From: a virus
Length of the DNA: 64,000 nucleotides
Virus record (IMG/VR): IMGVR_UViG_3300037261_000082
Coordinates: 1-64,000 of that record
Strand: one strand, 5' to 3'
Shown here in pieces: positions 36,510 through 46,104 of the stretch (its first letter is position 1; the number at the start of each line of letters is the position of its first letter). The notes under the pieces were generated by a model. That model did not search any database. It worked only from the letters and a program-made list of their open reading frames with translations, and had not been told where the DNA came from. The position numbers and the translations under genes were made by a program.

Positions 36510-39500
36510 ATGGCTGATATCAACGACTTTGTACCTGACACTACTCCGGCTCCTGTTCCGGTGCCACAGCACGACGACTTCGTGCCTGATGTGGCACACG
36601 ATGATTTTGTGCCTGATGCTCCTCATGGGCGTGCCCCCTTGGTATCTGCAGTAGGAGCTTCTGAAGCAGCACCAGCTTCCGGTGAAAGCAACATGCTTTC
36701 TGACGTGCCTCATGAAGTGTATGAAGCAGGTAAATCTGCTTTGACTGACATTAATGCTGGGCTGAACCCTTGGTCGGAGGAAAACAAAGCTGCTGAAGCA
36801 AAGAAAGCTAACGCACCTACTTTTTTGAGTGGTCTATCTGCGCAAGCTAGCGACTTGGGACGAGTTGGTAAGGGGCTTATGGGAATTCCGGCTCTTGCTG
36901 TGGCTCCAATTACTGGTGCTGCTCGGTCGTTAATTGGGCACCCGTTAGCTACAGCAGAACACACTGCTGGTACTATAATTGCTCCGGAAATTGCAGCGAA
37001 AGACAATCCGGATGAAATGTACCGTACTGCAAAGGAGGGCGTTGATACGGCTATGATGGGGCTACGCCCGGCTGGTGCGCCTGTGCTTCGTGCTCCCCCG
37101 TCAGGACTTCCTCGTGGCCCCTATGAAATTCCTCCTACTAAGCCTGCTCTGGCTTGGGAAGCTCCTACAAAACCACAGCCTCCTACTCCACCGGCCTTAA
37201 CACCACAGAATCGTCCTTTTGGTGTTACCCTTAGTCAAGGTGAAGTTGAGGGTGATTTAGCTAAGCGCATGGCTGAGCAAAATGCCATTCGTAGTGGCGA
37301 CCCTCATGCTAGGGCTTTCGCTGATCAACGTGCTGCGGAATTAGCACGGTCTCGTGAGGACTTAACAGCTCAATTAGATCCAACCCAGCAACTTGTTGAG
37401 TCCCCTCATGCTGCTGCAGAAAAGATTATTGGGGAACTGCAAGCCCAAAGCCACGCTGAACAGGCTGCCACTCAGCAGCGTGAAAGTTTGCTTCAGCAGT
37501 ACCATGAAGGCTACCGAAATAATCTAAGCCCTACCCATACCCAGCTAGCGTCTAATCCCATGGAAGCAGCTGATATTGTTTCTGGTTCGGTTGCGGCTTC
37601 GGCTGAACGTGCACAAGCTGCCGCAGACGCAGCCTACACTGCCTTCCGTGAGTTGCCCGGACAGTTCCATCCTGCGTCTTTTAACAAGACAGCTGACGTA
37701 ATTAAGAGCAATCTTGCACGGGGCGACGACCCTACATTTATCAATCCTCAGAATACTCCCAATGCTAATACAGCATTAGGTGATCTTACAGATATTCTGG
37801 GAGATATTAGTCAGGTTCGTGATCCGGAGACGGGACAGATCATTCCTCGCCCGCCAGTTACGCCACAGCTGGTTGAGACAGCGCGTAAGCGCCTTAATAC
37901 TTCGCTCAGTAATGCATTGAGTTCTGCTCGTTCCACTGGGAACTGGGCCGACGTTAGAGCTATGCGTCAGGTAATTGACGAGTTTGATGGCCAGGTTCTA
38001 AAGAAACTAGACACTACCTTTACCGGGGGTGACCCTCGTGACGTTTCGTCTACCTTAAAATGGGCACGTGGGCAGTATGCTGAGTACCGCAAGACATTTA
38101 CTCCGCAAGGTGCTGGCGATGTAGTTGGCCCTGCTATTCAGAAGATTGTTGGGCGTCAGGAAGGACAGGCTGCTGCTCCCGAAGAAATTAAGTCTATGCT
38201 CTACGGAAATGGGCAGCTGCCGCCTAAGATAGCACGGCGGCTGGTTGATATGTTTGGGGTCAACTCGCCTGAGATAGGAGCCATTAAGCAGGGCCTTTTC
38301 TCCTCTATTACTGAGCGCCCGCCAGGAGCAACAGCCTGGGGGCCAGCACAGGTAGCGGATCGTATTGATGCTGCGGCAAATAGCACCCTTACGCGGGCTT
38401 ACCTTAACCCAACTGAGATTAAGGATCTGCAGCGGTACGGGCGGGCCTTGCGTCAGCACGACGCAGTTACTAACGCACCCCAGGACAGTGTTGGGAGTAT
38501 TATCTCAAAGCTGACGGGTACGGATACTGCTGAACCTGCTAGCCTGCAAGCTGCTGTTAACCGGCTATTCAAGAATACTCTCACCGGAGAGTCCAATTCT
38601 GTTGCCCTTATTAATGAGTTGAAAACACGACTAAGCCCTGAAGCCTTTACTACATTTAAGCAGGGCTTATTTCAGTACGCAGTAAGTCCCGGTGAAAACC
38701 TGGAAGCTTGGGGACCGCAGAAGATTGCCACCAATCTCAATAAACTATTGAATACTACAGGGCGTCAAGGTGCAGCTGCTGTCTATTCACCCCAGGAGCG
38801 GGCTACGCTGCAGGCTTATGCCAACTTGATGGGCAAGATAACGATGCCTCCTGGCACATACTTCCCGTCTGCACCAGGTATTAATGCTATGATGTCTACA
38901 GTGGCAAACCGCATTGGGCAAGTCATAGGTGCGCTTGTGGGGCGTTCATTGACTCCTGGGCTGCCGCTCATTGGTGAGTTTGCCGGTATCACCATTGGCG
39001 GAAAGCTGGAAAGAGCCTTAGAGAAATTGCATGGTGGTGTTAGTAAGCAATTGCCTCTCGTAACTAATGAGATGCAGAAATGGCAACGTGCTCAGGCTCG
39101 TGCTGCTAAGAATCCCAATTGGGCAACTAAGCAAGGTGCATTACTTGCTACAACGAGTCTGCAGAATTCTCTACGCCCTCTCGGAATTGACTTCAGTAGG
39201 TTGCAATTGCCAGGCCCAGGCACAGCCCAGGATCAGCAACCTCAGCAGCGGGCTGATGGTGGTGCAACAGACAATGCACCTACTCCCCCAGCAGGTCCTC
39301 GCCCATTTGGTTGGCCTCCTCATTTGCCTTGGGACCAACCGTCTCAGAAAGGCTCAGCACAAGCACCAATAGATAAGAGAGCTGATGGTGGTGCAACAGA
39401 CGATAATCCTGACGTAGGGAGTAATTACGTCACACGTCGCACTGCCCCTTTTCCGGAAAAGCCTGAGGGCTACGAATATATTGAAGCCAAAGGGGCCGGG

Positions 39501-40664
39501 GCTGATACTCCAGGCCCTATTGCTACACCCTTATCCAGCGGGCTAGAGACGCTTGCAGGGGCGGTAGGTGCGCCTGAGCCTAGCCCAACCCCCTCTACCC
39601 TCGAAGAAGCGCCTGCAGGAGGCCCTGCAGACTGGTCTACAGCGGGGTTTGGCCCGTCTGTGGATACTAGTGAAGGGTTAGGCAGTAAGGCGTTGAATAG
39701 ACTTACTGGCGCTGGTGGTGAAGAACGCCTTCAGACTTGGCCTGAGAAAATGGTCCGTTCTGGCACAACCCTTGCAGGTGACGTGCTGTCTGGGCAAGAA
39801 CCTGACTTGACTGGATTGCGTAGAGAGGATTTTACGGACGAGCCACGTCCGGGTGGTTTTACGGTTGCTGCCGAACCTCAGGATGCCCTTATTCAACGTA
39901 CCCAGGACATGGCTGCGTTGGCGGGTGGTGCAGGAATTCCTAATGCTGAGGAAGGTGCGTTGGGAATGGCTGGAGGAAAATTAACCCAACCTCCTATGGA
40001 GCAGGCCCTTAGCCGGGGCATGCCATTATTCTCGGACACGGCTAAGCCAGGGGCGGCGTTGAGTGGGTTAGAGAATAAACTTAAGAAAGTTTCTGATGCA
40101 CCAATTCAGGGGGAGTACCAATTAAACAATGATCCTGATTTAAGGTTTATTGCTGACCATGGTAAAAATTGGAAAGCTGGTGAATTAGCTCCTGGCAACT
40201 ATTTAGGTAAAGAGGCTGAGTGTCACTGGAATGTTGCTCGTTTATTTCATGATGGTAAAATTGATCAAGTAGTAGTTGGTTACGCAGAAAATGCTGATGG
40301 GTGGCACCAGCATACTTGGGGATTAAAGGCTGGGAAAGTTGTGGAGACTACACGTTCTAACACTGAGAATAAAAATTGGTACGGGGCGCCATTAAGTAAT
40401 GCGCAGTCAACACAATTTTCCAATTATGTGTTAAAGCCTAAAAATAGCCCTGGAAAAGGAAATGTTCGTACAACTCAAGGGTCACATCGTATCTTACAAA
40501 ATGCTGGTATTGTTGGCACGCCATTGAGTGCTAATAAAACTCGTTCCAATCAAAACCATATTCCAAGGCCAATAGCCCAGCAGCCACACCCCGGTCAACC
40601 AGCCCAGGAGCAAAACCGTGCGCATGGTGGGCGGGTTAATCCGGCCAATATCAAAAAGTTTTAG
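36510..40664 (+). CDS. large internal/ejection polyvalent-type protein with a C-terminal Cys-His (transglutaminase/papain-like) module
   Basis: DFVPD x3 N-terminus, long helical core, RADGG x2, ECHWN...GY...W.QHTW...VETT, RAHGG. Confidence 0.78.
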   Translation: MADINDFVPDTTPAPVPVPQHDDFVPDVAHDDFVPDAPHGRAPLVSAVGASEAAPASGESNMLSDVPHEVYEAGKSALTDINAGLNPWSEENKAAEAKKANAPTFLSGLSAQASDLGRVGKGLMGIPALAVAPITGAARSLIGHPLATAEHTAGTIIAPEIAAKDNPDEMYRTAKEGVDTAMMGLRPAGAPVLRAPPSGLPRGPYEIPPTKPALAWEAPTKPQPPTPPALTPQNRPFGVTLSQGEVEGDLAKRMAEQNAIRSGDPHARAFADQRAAELARSREDLTAQLDPTQQLVESPHAAAEKIIGELQAQSHAEQAATQQRESLLQQYHEGYRNNLSPTHTQLASNPMEAADIVSGSVAASAERAQAAADAAYTAFRELPGQFHPASFNKTADVIKSNLARGDDPTFINPQNTPNANTALGDLTDILGDISQVRDPETGQIIPRPPVTPQLVETARKRLNTSLSNALSSARSTGNWADVRAMRQVIDEFDGQVLKKLDTTFTGGDPRDVSSTLKWARGQYAEYRKTFTPQGAGDVVGPAIQKIVGRQEGQAAAPEEIKSMLYGNGQLPPKIARRLVDMFGVNSPEIGAIKQGLFSSITERPPGATAWGPAQVADRIDAAANSTLTRAYLNPTEIKDLQRYGRALRQHDAVTNAPQDSVGSIISKLTGTDTAEPASLQAAVNRLFKNTLTGESNSVALINELKTRLSPEAFTTFKQGLFQYAVSPGENLEAWGPQKIATNLNKLLNTTGRQGAAAVYSPQERATLQAYANLMGKITMPPGTYFPSAPGINAMMSTVANRIGQVIGALVGRSLTPGLPLIGEFAGITIGGKLERALEKLHGGVSKQLPLVTNEMQKWQRAQARAAKNPNWATKQGALLATTSLQNSLRPLGIDFSRLQLPGPGTAQDQQPQQRADGGATDNAPTPPAGPRPFGWPPHLPWDQPSQKGSAQAPIDKRADGGATDDNPDVGSNYVTRRTAPFPEKPEGYEYIEAKGAGADTPGPIATPLSSGLETLAGAVGAPEPSPTPSTLEEAPAGGPADWSTAGFGPSVDTSEGLGSKALNRLTGAGGEERLQTWPEKMVRSGTTLAGDVLSGQEPDLTGLRREDFTDEPRPGGFTVAAEPQDALIQRTQDMAALAGGAGIPNAEEGALGMAGGKLTQPPMEQALSRGMPLFSDTAKPGAALSGLENKLKKVSDAPIQGEYQLNNDPDLRFIADHGKNWKAGELAPGNYLGKEAECHWNVARLFHDGKIDQVVVGYAENADGWHQHTWGLKAGKVVETTRSNTENKNWYGAPLSNAQSTQFSNYVLKPKNSPGKGNVRTTQGSHRILQNAGIVGTPLSANKTRSNQNHIPRPIAQQPHPGQPAQEQNRAHGGRVNPANIKKF
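39252..39401 (+). repeat. exact 21-bp direct repeat encoding ADGGATD
   Basis: GCTGATGGTGGTGCAACAGAC at 39252-39272 and 39381-39401. Confidence 0.9.
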
Positions 40665-41537
40665 GTGGACTTTCTTATGTGGTATCACTACGTCTATATT
40701 CACTATAAAGCTGATAACGATGTTCCTTTTTACGTTGGAAAGGGACATGTAAGCAAGAAAGCTAAGGAACAGGTTTTTAAGCGTGCGAACGAGCCACGCT
40801 TGAAGAATTTACATTGGGCAAATACTGTCAAAACGCACGGGTTACGGGTAGCAATCTTTGCTTCTTGCTCCTCAGACGAGGAAGCACAACGCTTAGAAAA
40901 AGTTCTTATTGCTGAATTTGGCCGTAAGGATTTAGGGAGGGGATCTTTAATTAATCGTACTGACGGGGGCGAGGGGAGTTGTGGTATGATTATTTCCCCA
41001 AAACACCGAGAACGGTTAAGTGTTTCTCTTACAGGAAGAAAAGGGAAGCCATTTTCTCTGGAGCAAAAAGAGGAGATGAGTAGGAGAAAAAAGATGCAGT
41101 ATGCTAACGGTTGCAAGACAACAAAAGGTTACCATCATACATTAGAAACTAAAGCAGTGCTGTCTGCTAAAAATAAGGGACGCAAGGCTTTCTTTTCGGA
41201 AGAACATAAAGCTAATATATCTGCGGCAAAGAAGAACAAACCTTCTACCTTGAAAGGTAAGAAGAGGCCTCCTTTTTCGTCTGAATGGCGTGCAAATCTG
41301 TCAGCAGCGGCAACTAGGCGCTATGCTAAGGAAGAAGGGAGAGCTGCCAGCCGCGCAGCTTGGGAAAAAGTAAAAGTAAATAATCCTAATTGGCGCCAAG
41401 ACCTGCTTGAGAGATCAGCAAAAGGTGCACGCCAACGTAGCCTAAACGCTAAGATTAGAAGAGAATTAAAAGCCCAAACTCCTCCTATAAGGTTTCCAGA
41501 AAATGCACATAATGCTGTATTAAGTTTTGGAGCGTAA
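40665..41537 (+). CDS. GIY-YIG-type homing endonuclease with NUMOD3-like repeats
   Basis: YVYIH...FYVGKG...LIN.TDGGEG; start may be ATG 40677. Confidence 0.88.
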   Translation: MDFLMWYHYVYIHYKADNDVPFYVGKGHVSKKAKEQVFKRANEPRLKNLHWANTVKTHGLRVAIFASCSSDEEAQRLEKVLIAEFGRKDLGRGSLINRTDGGEGSCGMIISPKHRERLSVSLTGRKGKPFSLEQKEEMSRRKKMQYANGCKTTKGYHHTLETKAVLSAKNKGRKAFFSEEHKANISAAKKNKPSTLKGKKRPPFSSEWRANLSAAATRRYAKEEGRAASRAAWEKVKVNNPNWRQDLLERSAKGARQRSLNAKIRRELKAQTPPIRFPENAHNAVLSFGA

Positions 41538-41652
41538 GTGCTCCCATTTCCGTCGTAAGCGTCTTTGACGGTTAAAACTGTTCGTGCTTAGGCAATAGCG
41601 GCACGGTCTGATTACGCCTTATACTAACCCACAACCCACTTAGGAGGATACA

Positions 41653-41880
41653 ATGGATCTCGCAATCGCTTTAGGTATTACCCTGCTCGTTGGCATCGCT
41701 CTCGGTGCTATCGGCGTGCACTACATTCATAATGTAGCCAGTGCGGCTACACGTGCAGTTACCGTACCTGGTAGCGCTGCTGCAACTACTCCAGCCGTGG
41801 TCAGCGATGTAGCGGCTAGCCTTCAAAAGCAAATCAGTGATCTTGAAGCTAAGCTAGCCGCAGCAGCCCCAAAGGTGTAA
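41653..41880 (+). CDS. small membrane protein with a coiled-coil tail
   Basis: AGGAGG RBS; N-terminal TM segment. Confidence 0.7.
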   Translation: MDLAIALGITLLVGIALGAIGVHYIHNVASAATRAVTVPGSAAATTPAVVSDVAASLQKQISDLEAKLAAAAPKV

Positions 41881-41886
41881 CCAGCC

Positions 41887-42546
41887 ATGACAATAAATTT
41901 GAAGGTGTTGGACCTTAGTCATCATAACTGTGGCCCTAGCGGCGACCCTAATGATCCTATCGATTTTGAGGCCATCGCTGCCTATGGCGTCAAGGGGATT
42001 ATCCATAAGGCTAGCCAGGGGACCGGCGTGGTTGACCACAAGTATGCAGAACGGCGCACTGCTGCTGTGGCTGCCGGACTTCTCTGGGGCGCTTACCACT
42101 TTGCTACTGGTGATGATGTTGATGCACAGGTTAAGCATTTTCTGGACTGTGCCCAACCTGACGCTAGCACGCTGACGGCACTTGATCATGAACCAAATGG
42201 GGGGAATGAGTTGGACCTTGCTGGTGCGCGTTCCTTCATGGAAAGTTTGCGTGATCAAAACTCAGGTAAGAATCCTGTCATCTATAGTGGCAATCTGATT
42301 AAGGAACAGATGGCTAAGGATGACAGCCAGAACGACTTCTTTGGTAGCTTCCGGCTATGGTTGTGTCAATATGGTCCAAATGCGGTTCTTCCCCCAGCAT
42401 GGGACAGGTACTGGCTCTGGCAGTTTGCCGGCGATGGAACAAACTCACATGGTATTGTGGTCCCTGGCATTTTTGCTGGCAGCAAAGTTGATATGAATAC
42501 CTGGGATGGCACGGATGAGGACTTAGCTGCCCAATGGGCAACCTAA
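41887..42546 (+). CDS. endolysin, GH25 muramidase
   Basis: DLSHHN, HKASQG, GAYHF, LDHE, LWQF, DMN. Confidence 0.92.
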   Translation: MTINLKVLDLSHHNCGPSGDPNDPIDFEAIAAYGVKGIIHKASQGTGVVDHKYAERRTAAVAAGLLWGAYHFATGDDVDAQVKHFLDCAQPDASTLTALDHEPNGGNELDLAGARSFMESLRDQNSGKNPVIYSGNLIKEQMAKDDSQNDFFGSFRLWLCQYGPNAVLPPAWDRYWLWQFAGDGTNSHGIVVPGIFAGSKVDMNTWDGTDEDLAAQWAT

Positions 42547-42936
42547 ATGCCGGAACCGGATGCACTTGCCAATGAGGGATGGTTTAACAACAGGTGGAGG
42601 CCCGCAATGGCGTGGCTGTGGTTCACAACCTCAGCCTTTGACTTTATTTTGTTTCCTATCCTAAATGCCTTTGCTGCTGGTGTGAAAATGATACCCTACG
42701 CTCCTTGGGATCCCATAACACTTAAGGGGGGTGGGCTGTTTCACATGGCAATGGGCGCGGTAGTTGGGGTTGCTACGTGGCAAAGGACGCAAGAAAAACT
42801 AGCGATCATGCGGACCGACAGTGGTTCATATAGCGAGAGTAGCCACACCATTGAAACGGTCACGTCTAAGGACGCGGTTAAGCCAACTACTACATCACCG
42901 TCCACTTCACCAACAGTTTCATCGAGGGCCGATTAA
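42547..42936 (+). CDS. putative holin (3TM gene-transfer-release-like)
   Basis: WRPAM.W...FDFI.FP...W.P.TL.GGGLFH.AMGA..G...W.RT.EK. Confidence 0.78.
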   Translation: MPEPDALANEGWFNNRWRPAMAWLWFTTSAFDFILFPILNAFAAGVKMIPYAPWDPITLKGGGLFHMAMGAVVGVATWQRTQEKLAIMRTDSGSYSESSHTIETVTSKDAVKPTTTSPSTSPTVSSRAD

Positions 42937-43298
42937 TGTTAACAATGGTATGGCACTGGTTTACCGGGTGGCTAATTAGTTGGGGCGGTGTTGGTGGGGC
43001 CATTGCCGTTGGAGCATGGGCCTTATGGTTTTTCTGTCCTGCTGGGTTGCTCACTTACAAAACACAACTGATGTATATTGCTATTGCTGCAACTGTAATT
43101 GCAATTACAAACACGCATTCATATACCACGGGCTACAACAGAGGTCGTTCAGAAGTTCTTCACGCGGTAGCAGCGCAGGACGCGAAGGCGAAAGAAGAGG
43201 GAGATAGAGCAAATGACGACGTTCAGAAGTGCTTTGCTGGTGGTGGTAGTTGGAACATTGCTGACAGCGTGTGCGACGCCGCCGCCAGCAACCGTTAA
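42936..43298 (+). CDS. putative inner-membrane spanin (Rz-like)
   Basis: TM segments, periplasmic helix and Cys pair; overlaps the lipoprotein gene. Confidence 0.55.
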   Translation: MLTMVWHWFTGWLISWGGVGGAIAVGAWALWFFCPAGLLTYKTQLMYIAIAATVIAITNTHSYTTGYNRGRSEVLHAVAAQDAKAKEEGDRANDDVQKCFAGGGSWNIADSVCDAAASNR

Positions 43299-43638
43299 TG
43301 GTCTGAAGGCAGTCTTTCACGATCCTGGCTTTGCCGTCCAAGGCAAGACTCGTACTGATCAAGTGTGGATTAGTGCCACACAGGAGACTGGCATCCGTGT
43401 TCTCGGTTGGGCGCGGCCGAAGGGGGTAGCAGGGAAGAAAGTAGTTCTCGTAAAAACTCACAAGGCAATTCAGACTTCTCATAAAGTGGTTATCCTGCCG
43501 AAGGCAAGACCTACAATTCTTACGCCAGCAACTCCTGCTGTTGTAACTGTCGTGCCGAAGAAACCAGTCACTACGCAATCCCTTAGAGAGCGAATCAGGG
43601 CGCTCAATGAGAAAGTAAGAAGGCTGGAAGGCAAGTAG
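43213..43638 (+). CDS. putative outer-membrane lipoprotein spanin (Rz1-like)
   Basis: Lipobox LLTAC followed by Pro-rich sequence. Confidence 0.6.
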   Translation: MTTFRSALLVVVVGTLLTACATPPPATVNGLKAVFHDPGFAVQGKTRTDQVWISATQETGIRVLGWARPKGVAGKKVVLVKTHKAIQTSHKVVILPKARPTILTPATPAVVTVVPKKPVTTQSLRERIRALNEKVRRLEGK

Positions 43639-43640
43639 TT

Positions 43641-44018
43641 ATGCCACGACGTAAGCCACCTTCACCAACACTTGTCCATCGGGTCGTTGCCCTTCTCAAG
43701 CGCAACCCATGGAGGACGATCTCGTTGGTTGTTACCTTGTTCATTGGCATTCCAGGGATTGGCCTCAGCTTGGAGTACGTCAATCGTAATCTAGAACCAT
43801 GGTACTGGACGAGTCATGCTTATGCTCGTGAGTTAGTTGCAGACGATCATACGTACATCATCTATCTAAAGCTACGTGATGCACGACAAGCTTTGAAAGA
43901 TGCCAAGGCAGATTTGGTAAAGACCCCAGACAGTGGTACAGCGCAGCGGGCAGTTGAGTATTATGTTGACATTATAGCAAAGTATCAGAAGCAACTTGAC
44001 AAAGCGGCAGGAAATTAA
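43641..44018 (+). CDS. membrane protein
   Basis: One TM segment, helical C-terminus. Confidence 0.6.
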   Translation: MPRRKPPSPTLVHRVVALLKRNPWRTISLVVTLFIGIPGIGLSLEYVNRNLEPWYWTSHAYARELVADDHTYIIYLKLRDARQALKDAKADLVKTPDSGTAQRAVEYYVDIIAKYQKQLDKAAGN

Positions 44019-44515
44019 TGGCTGCAATTCCTACTAGTATAGTGACTGCAACTACTACTGACGTAGCAGCGTGGGCTGCTGTTGTACTATCAGCTACATC
44101 GATTCTATACTCATTCTTCTTTGCTAGTGTAAAGCACGCCCGCGAAATGGCTACCTTGACCGTCAAGGTTGACACTATGTGGGGGTTTACAATGCGCCAA
44201 GCTGTTAGTCGGGCTGTAGATAATGATCTAATGAAACACAACTCCCCGCTTGAGATCACGGCGAAGGGCTACAACTACATTAAGCCGGTAGCTCAAGAAC
44301 TTTGGGAGTATTATCAGAAATTTCCCACCAGCGTAAGCAAGCTAACTGATGCTGACTTGGCCTTGGCTATTGAACGTGACTTTGGGGAACGACTATTGAA
44401 AGAAATCTGCATCCCAAATGGCCTTCTATTCGGTGAGTGCGTTATCCTTGCCATTGAAGCAATTAGGAAGAACGGTAACTTACCACCGCACATTACATTG
44501 GGCAATGTAGCATGA
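44018..44515 (+). CDS. membrane-anchored protein
   Basis: TAATG coupling; N-terminal TM segment. Confidence 0.65.
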   Translation: MAAIPTSIVTATTTDVAAWAAVVLSATSILYSFFFASVKHAREMATLTVKVDTMWGFTMRQAVSRAVDNDLMKHNSPLEITAKGYNYIKPVAQELWEYYQKFPTSVSKLTDADLALAIERDFGERLLKEICIPNGLLFGECVILAIEAIRKNGNLPPHITLGNVA

Positions 44516-44901
44516 GAATCTTCGGTCTTCCCTACCATCATAAAGAAAATCCACTGGACGGGGCAAGCCCAGCGGTTGTCGAACTCTATCACATGCTGGC
44601 CCACATCATAAACAACCAGGAGAAGATCATGGCTGCAATCGACGATCTCGCGGCTGCCGTAGCGGCAGAGGATACTGTTATTGACGGTGCTGTAACACTG
44701 CTCAATGGCATCCCAGCACTTATTGCGGCGGCTGGCACGGACCCGGCCAAGCTTGCTGCGCTGCAAGCTGACATCACTGCAAAAACGACCACCCTTGCGG
44801 CGGCTGTTCTTGCAGGTACCCCAACCCCGGTTCCGGCTGCTCCGCCAGTCACGGCTGCGGCAGCCACTACTGCGGCCACGGCTGCTGTAGCGGCGGCTTA
44901 G
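44512..44901 (+). CDS. Ala-rich helical protein
   Basis: ATGA coupling; AAAGTDPAKLAAL. Confidence 0.7.
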   Translation: MRIFGLPYHHKENPLDGASPAVVELYHMLAHIINNQEKIMAAIDDLAAAVAAEDTVIDGAVTLLNGIPALIAAAGTDPAKLAALQADITAKTTTLAAAVLAGTPTPVPAAPPVTAAAATTAATAAVAAA

Positions 44902-44916
44902 TCTCTAGTCTCGCGT

Positions 44917-44953
44917 AAGCCCAGGCCGCAATCCCTGCGGCTTGGGGGCTTTC
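44917..44953 (+). terminator. possible terminator hairpin
   Basis: AGGCCGCA/TGCGGCTT stem plus AGCCC/GGGCT, short T run. Confidence 0.45.
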
Positions 44954-44977
44954 ATCGTTGATCAATGAGGTAACCCC

Positions 44978-45232
44978 ATGGGGTGCTTTACTCTCGCGTG
45001 GCTTGAGCAGTTCTTAGTCTGGTGCGTGATCGTTGGAGCGATCATCGCGATCATCCGCCTTGTTGTGCCCTGGATTATGGCTCAGGTTGGAATCCCTATG
45101 TTAGCTCAGATTGTTAATATCATTCTCTGGGCTATCGTATGTATCTTCGTGATCTACATCGTGTTCGCACTTCTGAGTTGCTTGATTGGACTGGGCGGTG
45201 GTGGGCTATCCCTGCTTCCGCCGCATAGGTAA
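44978..45232 (+). CDS. 2-TM membrane protein
   Basis: GAGG RBS; hydrophobic. Confidence 0.7.
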   Translation: MGCFTLAWLEQFLVWCVIVGAIIAIIRLVVPWIMAQVGIPMLAQIVNIILWAIVCIFVIYIVFALLSCLIGLGGGGLSLLPPHR

Positions 45233-45340
45233 ATGCTGATGAAAGGCAACATCACTGATAATCAAGTTGTTCTTCTGGTGCTGGTGATTGCTGCCGTCAT
45301 CGTTGGCGTGTATCTGGCCGGCATCGGCAACTGTTGCTAG
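45233..45340 (+). CDS. small single-TM protein (35 aa)
   Basis: Read manually; abuts the upstream stop. Confidence 0.45.
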   Translation: MLMKGNITDNQVVLLVLVIAAVIVGVYLAGIGNCC

Positions 45341-45366
45341 CACGCTTAATTACCTGCCCGGTGGGG

Positions 45367-45395
45367 TTGTCCTATCGGGCAGCAGTATGTATAAC
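45367..45395 (+). promoter_or_regulatory. sigma70-like promoter
   Basis: TTGTCC-N17-TATAAC, overlapping a CTGCCCG/CGGGCAG hairpin. Confidence 0.5.
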
Positions 45396-45477
45396 CTACG
45401 TGTTTTCCTTCTAATCAATTAAATCCCCAGGAGGTGGGATAGATGAACTAGCCCTGAAACAAACGACAGAGGACACC

Positions 45478-46104
45478 ATGAATATTCGGGTCATGGCGGC
45501 ATTCGCCGTCGCTTTCATAGCAGTTCTTCTAGCCCAACCGGCTGAAGCACGAAGCGTCAATACAAAATACCAAGTCCAGAAGCATCGCGTTATTCGTGAT
45601 GTGGCACCAAGTTACGCTGCCCACACTGAGCAATTTAGTGCACGGCGGCATTCAGTGCACCGTCGCCATTACACTCGTCGCAGTGGCGGGAGTCGCCATT
45701 ATGCCCGTAGGGGCGGTGGCGCTTGCGACGGTTTCCAGCGTTGCCGGTGTGGCACTACTGCCGCCCGCCATTTTGGCCTTCCATATAGTTACAAAGGCTT
45801 CAACTTGAAGCTGGCGTGGGAGTGGCAGCGCGCATTTCCACACACGTCCTTTCACGTTGGGGTAGCCGGTGTGCGCCCACATCACGTTCTTGCAGTGATT
45901 GGGGGCTCCAACTGTAGTAATGCCACTATCTCCGATGATGCTGGAACGCGTCAGCGCAACGTCTGCGGCTTTACGTTCGTGGAAGTTGGCGGGGGTGGCT
46001 TTACAAACACAGCTTCAGCCCAAACGCACAGGCACCATTCACGGATACGCCACCGTGAGAATTATCAACAGTTTACATTTAACGGCAGGAGTGATGCCTA
46101 CTAG
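45478..46104 (+). CDS. secreted CHAP/NlpC-like Cys-His protein
   Basis: Signal peptide ending AEA; CG...LAWEW...HHV. Confidence 0.6.
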   Translation: MNIRVMAAFAVAFIAVLLAQPAEARSVNTKYQVQKHRVIRDVAPSYAAHTEQFSARRHSVHRRHYTRRSGGSRHYARRGGGACDGFQRCRCGTTAARHFGLPYSYKGFNLKLAWEWQRAFPHTSFHVGVAGVRPHHVLAVIGGSNCSNATISDDAGTRQRNVCGFTFVEVGGGGFTNTASAQTHRHHSRIRHRENYQQFTFNGRSDAY

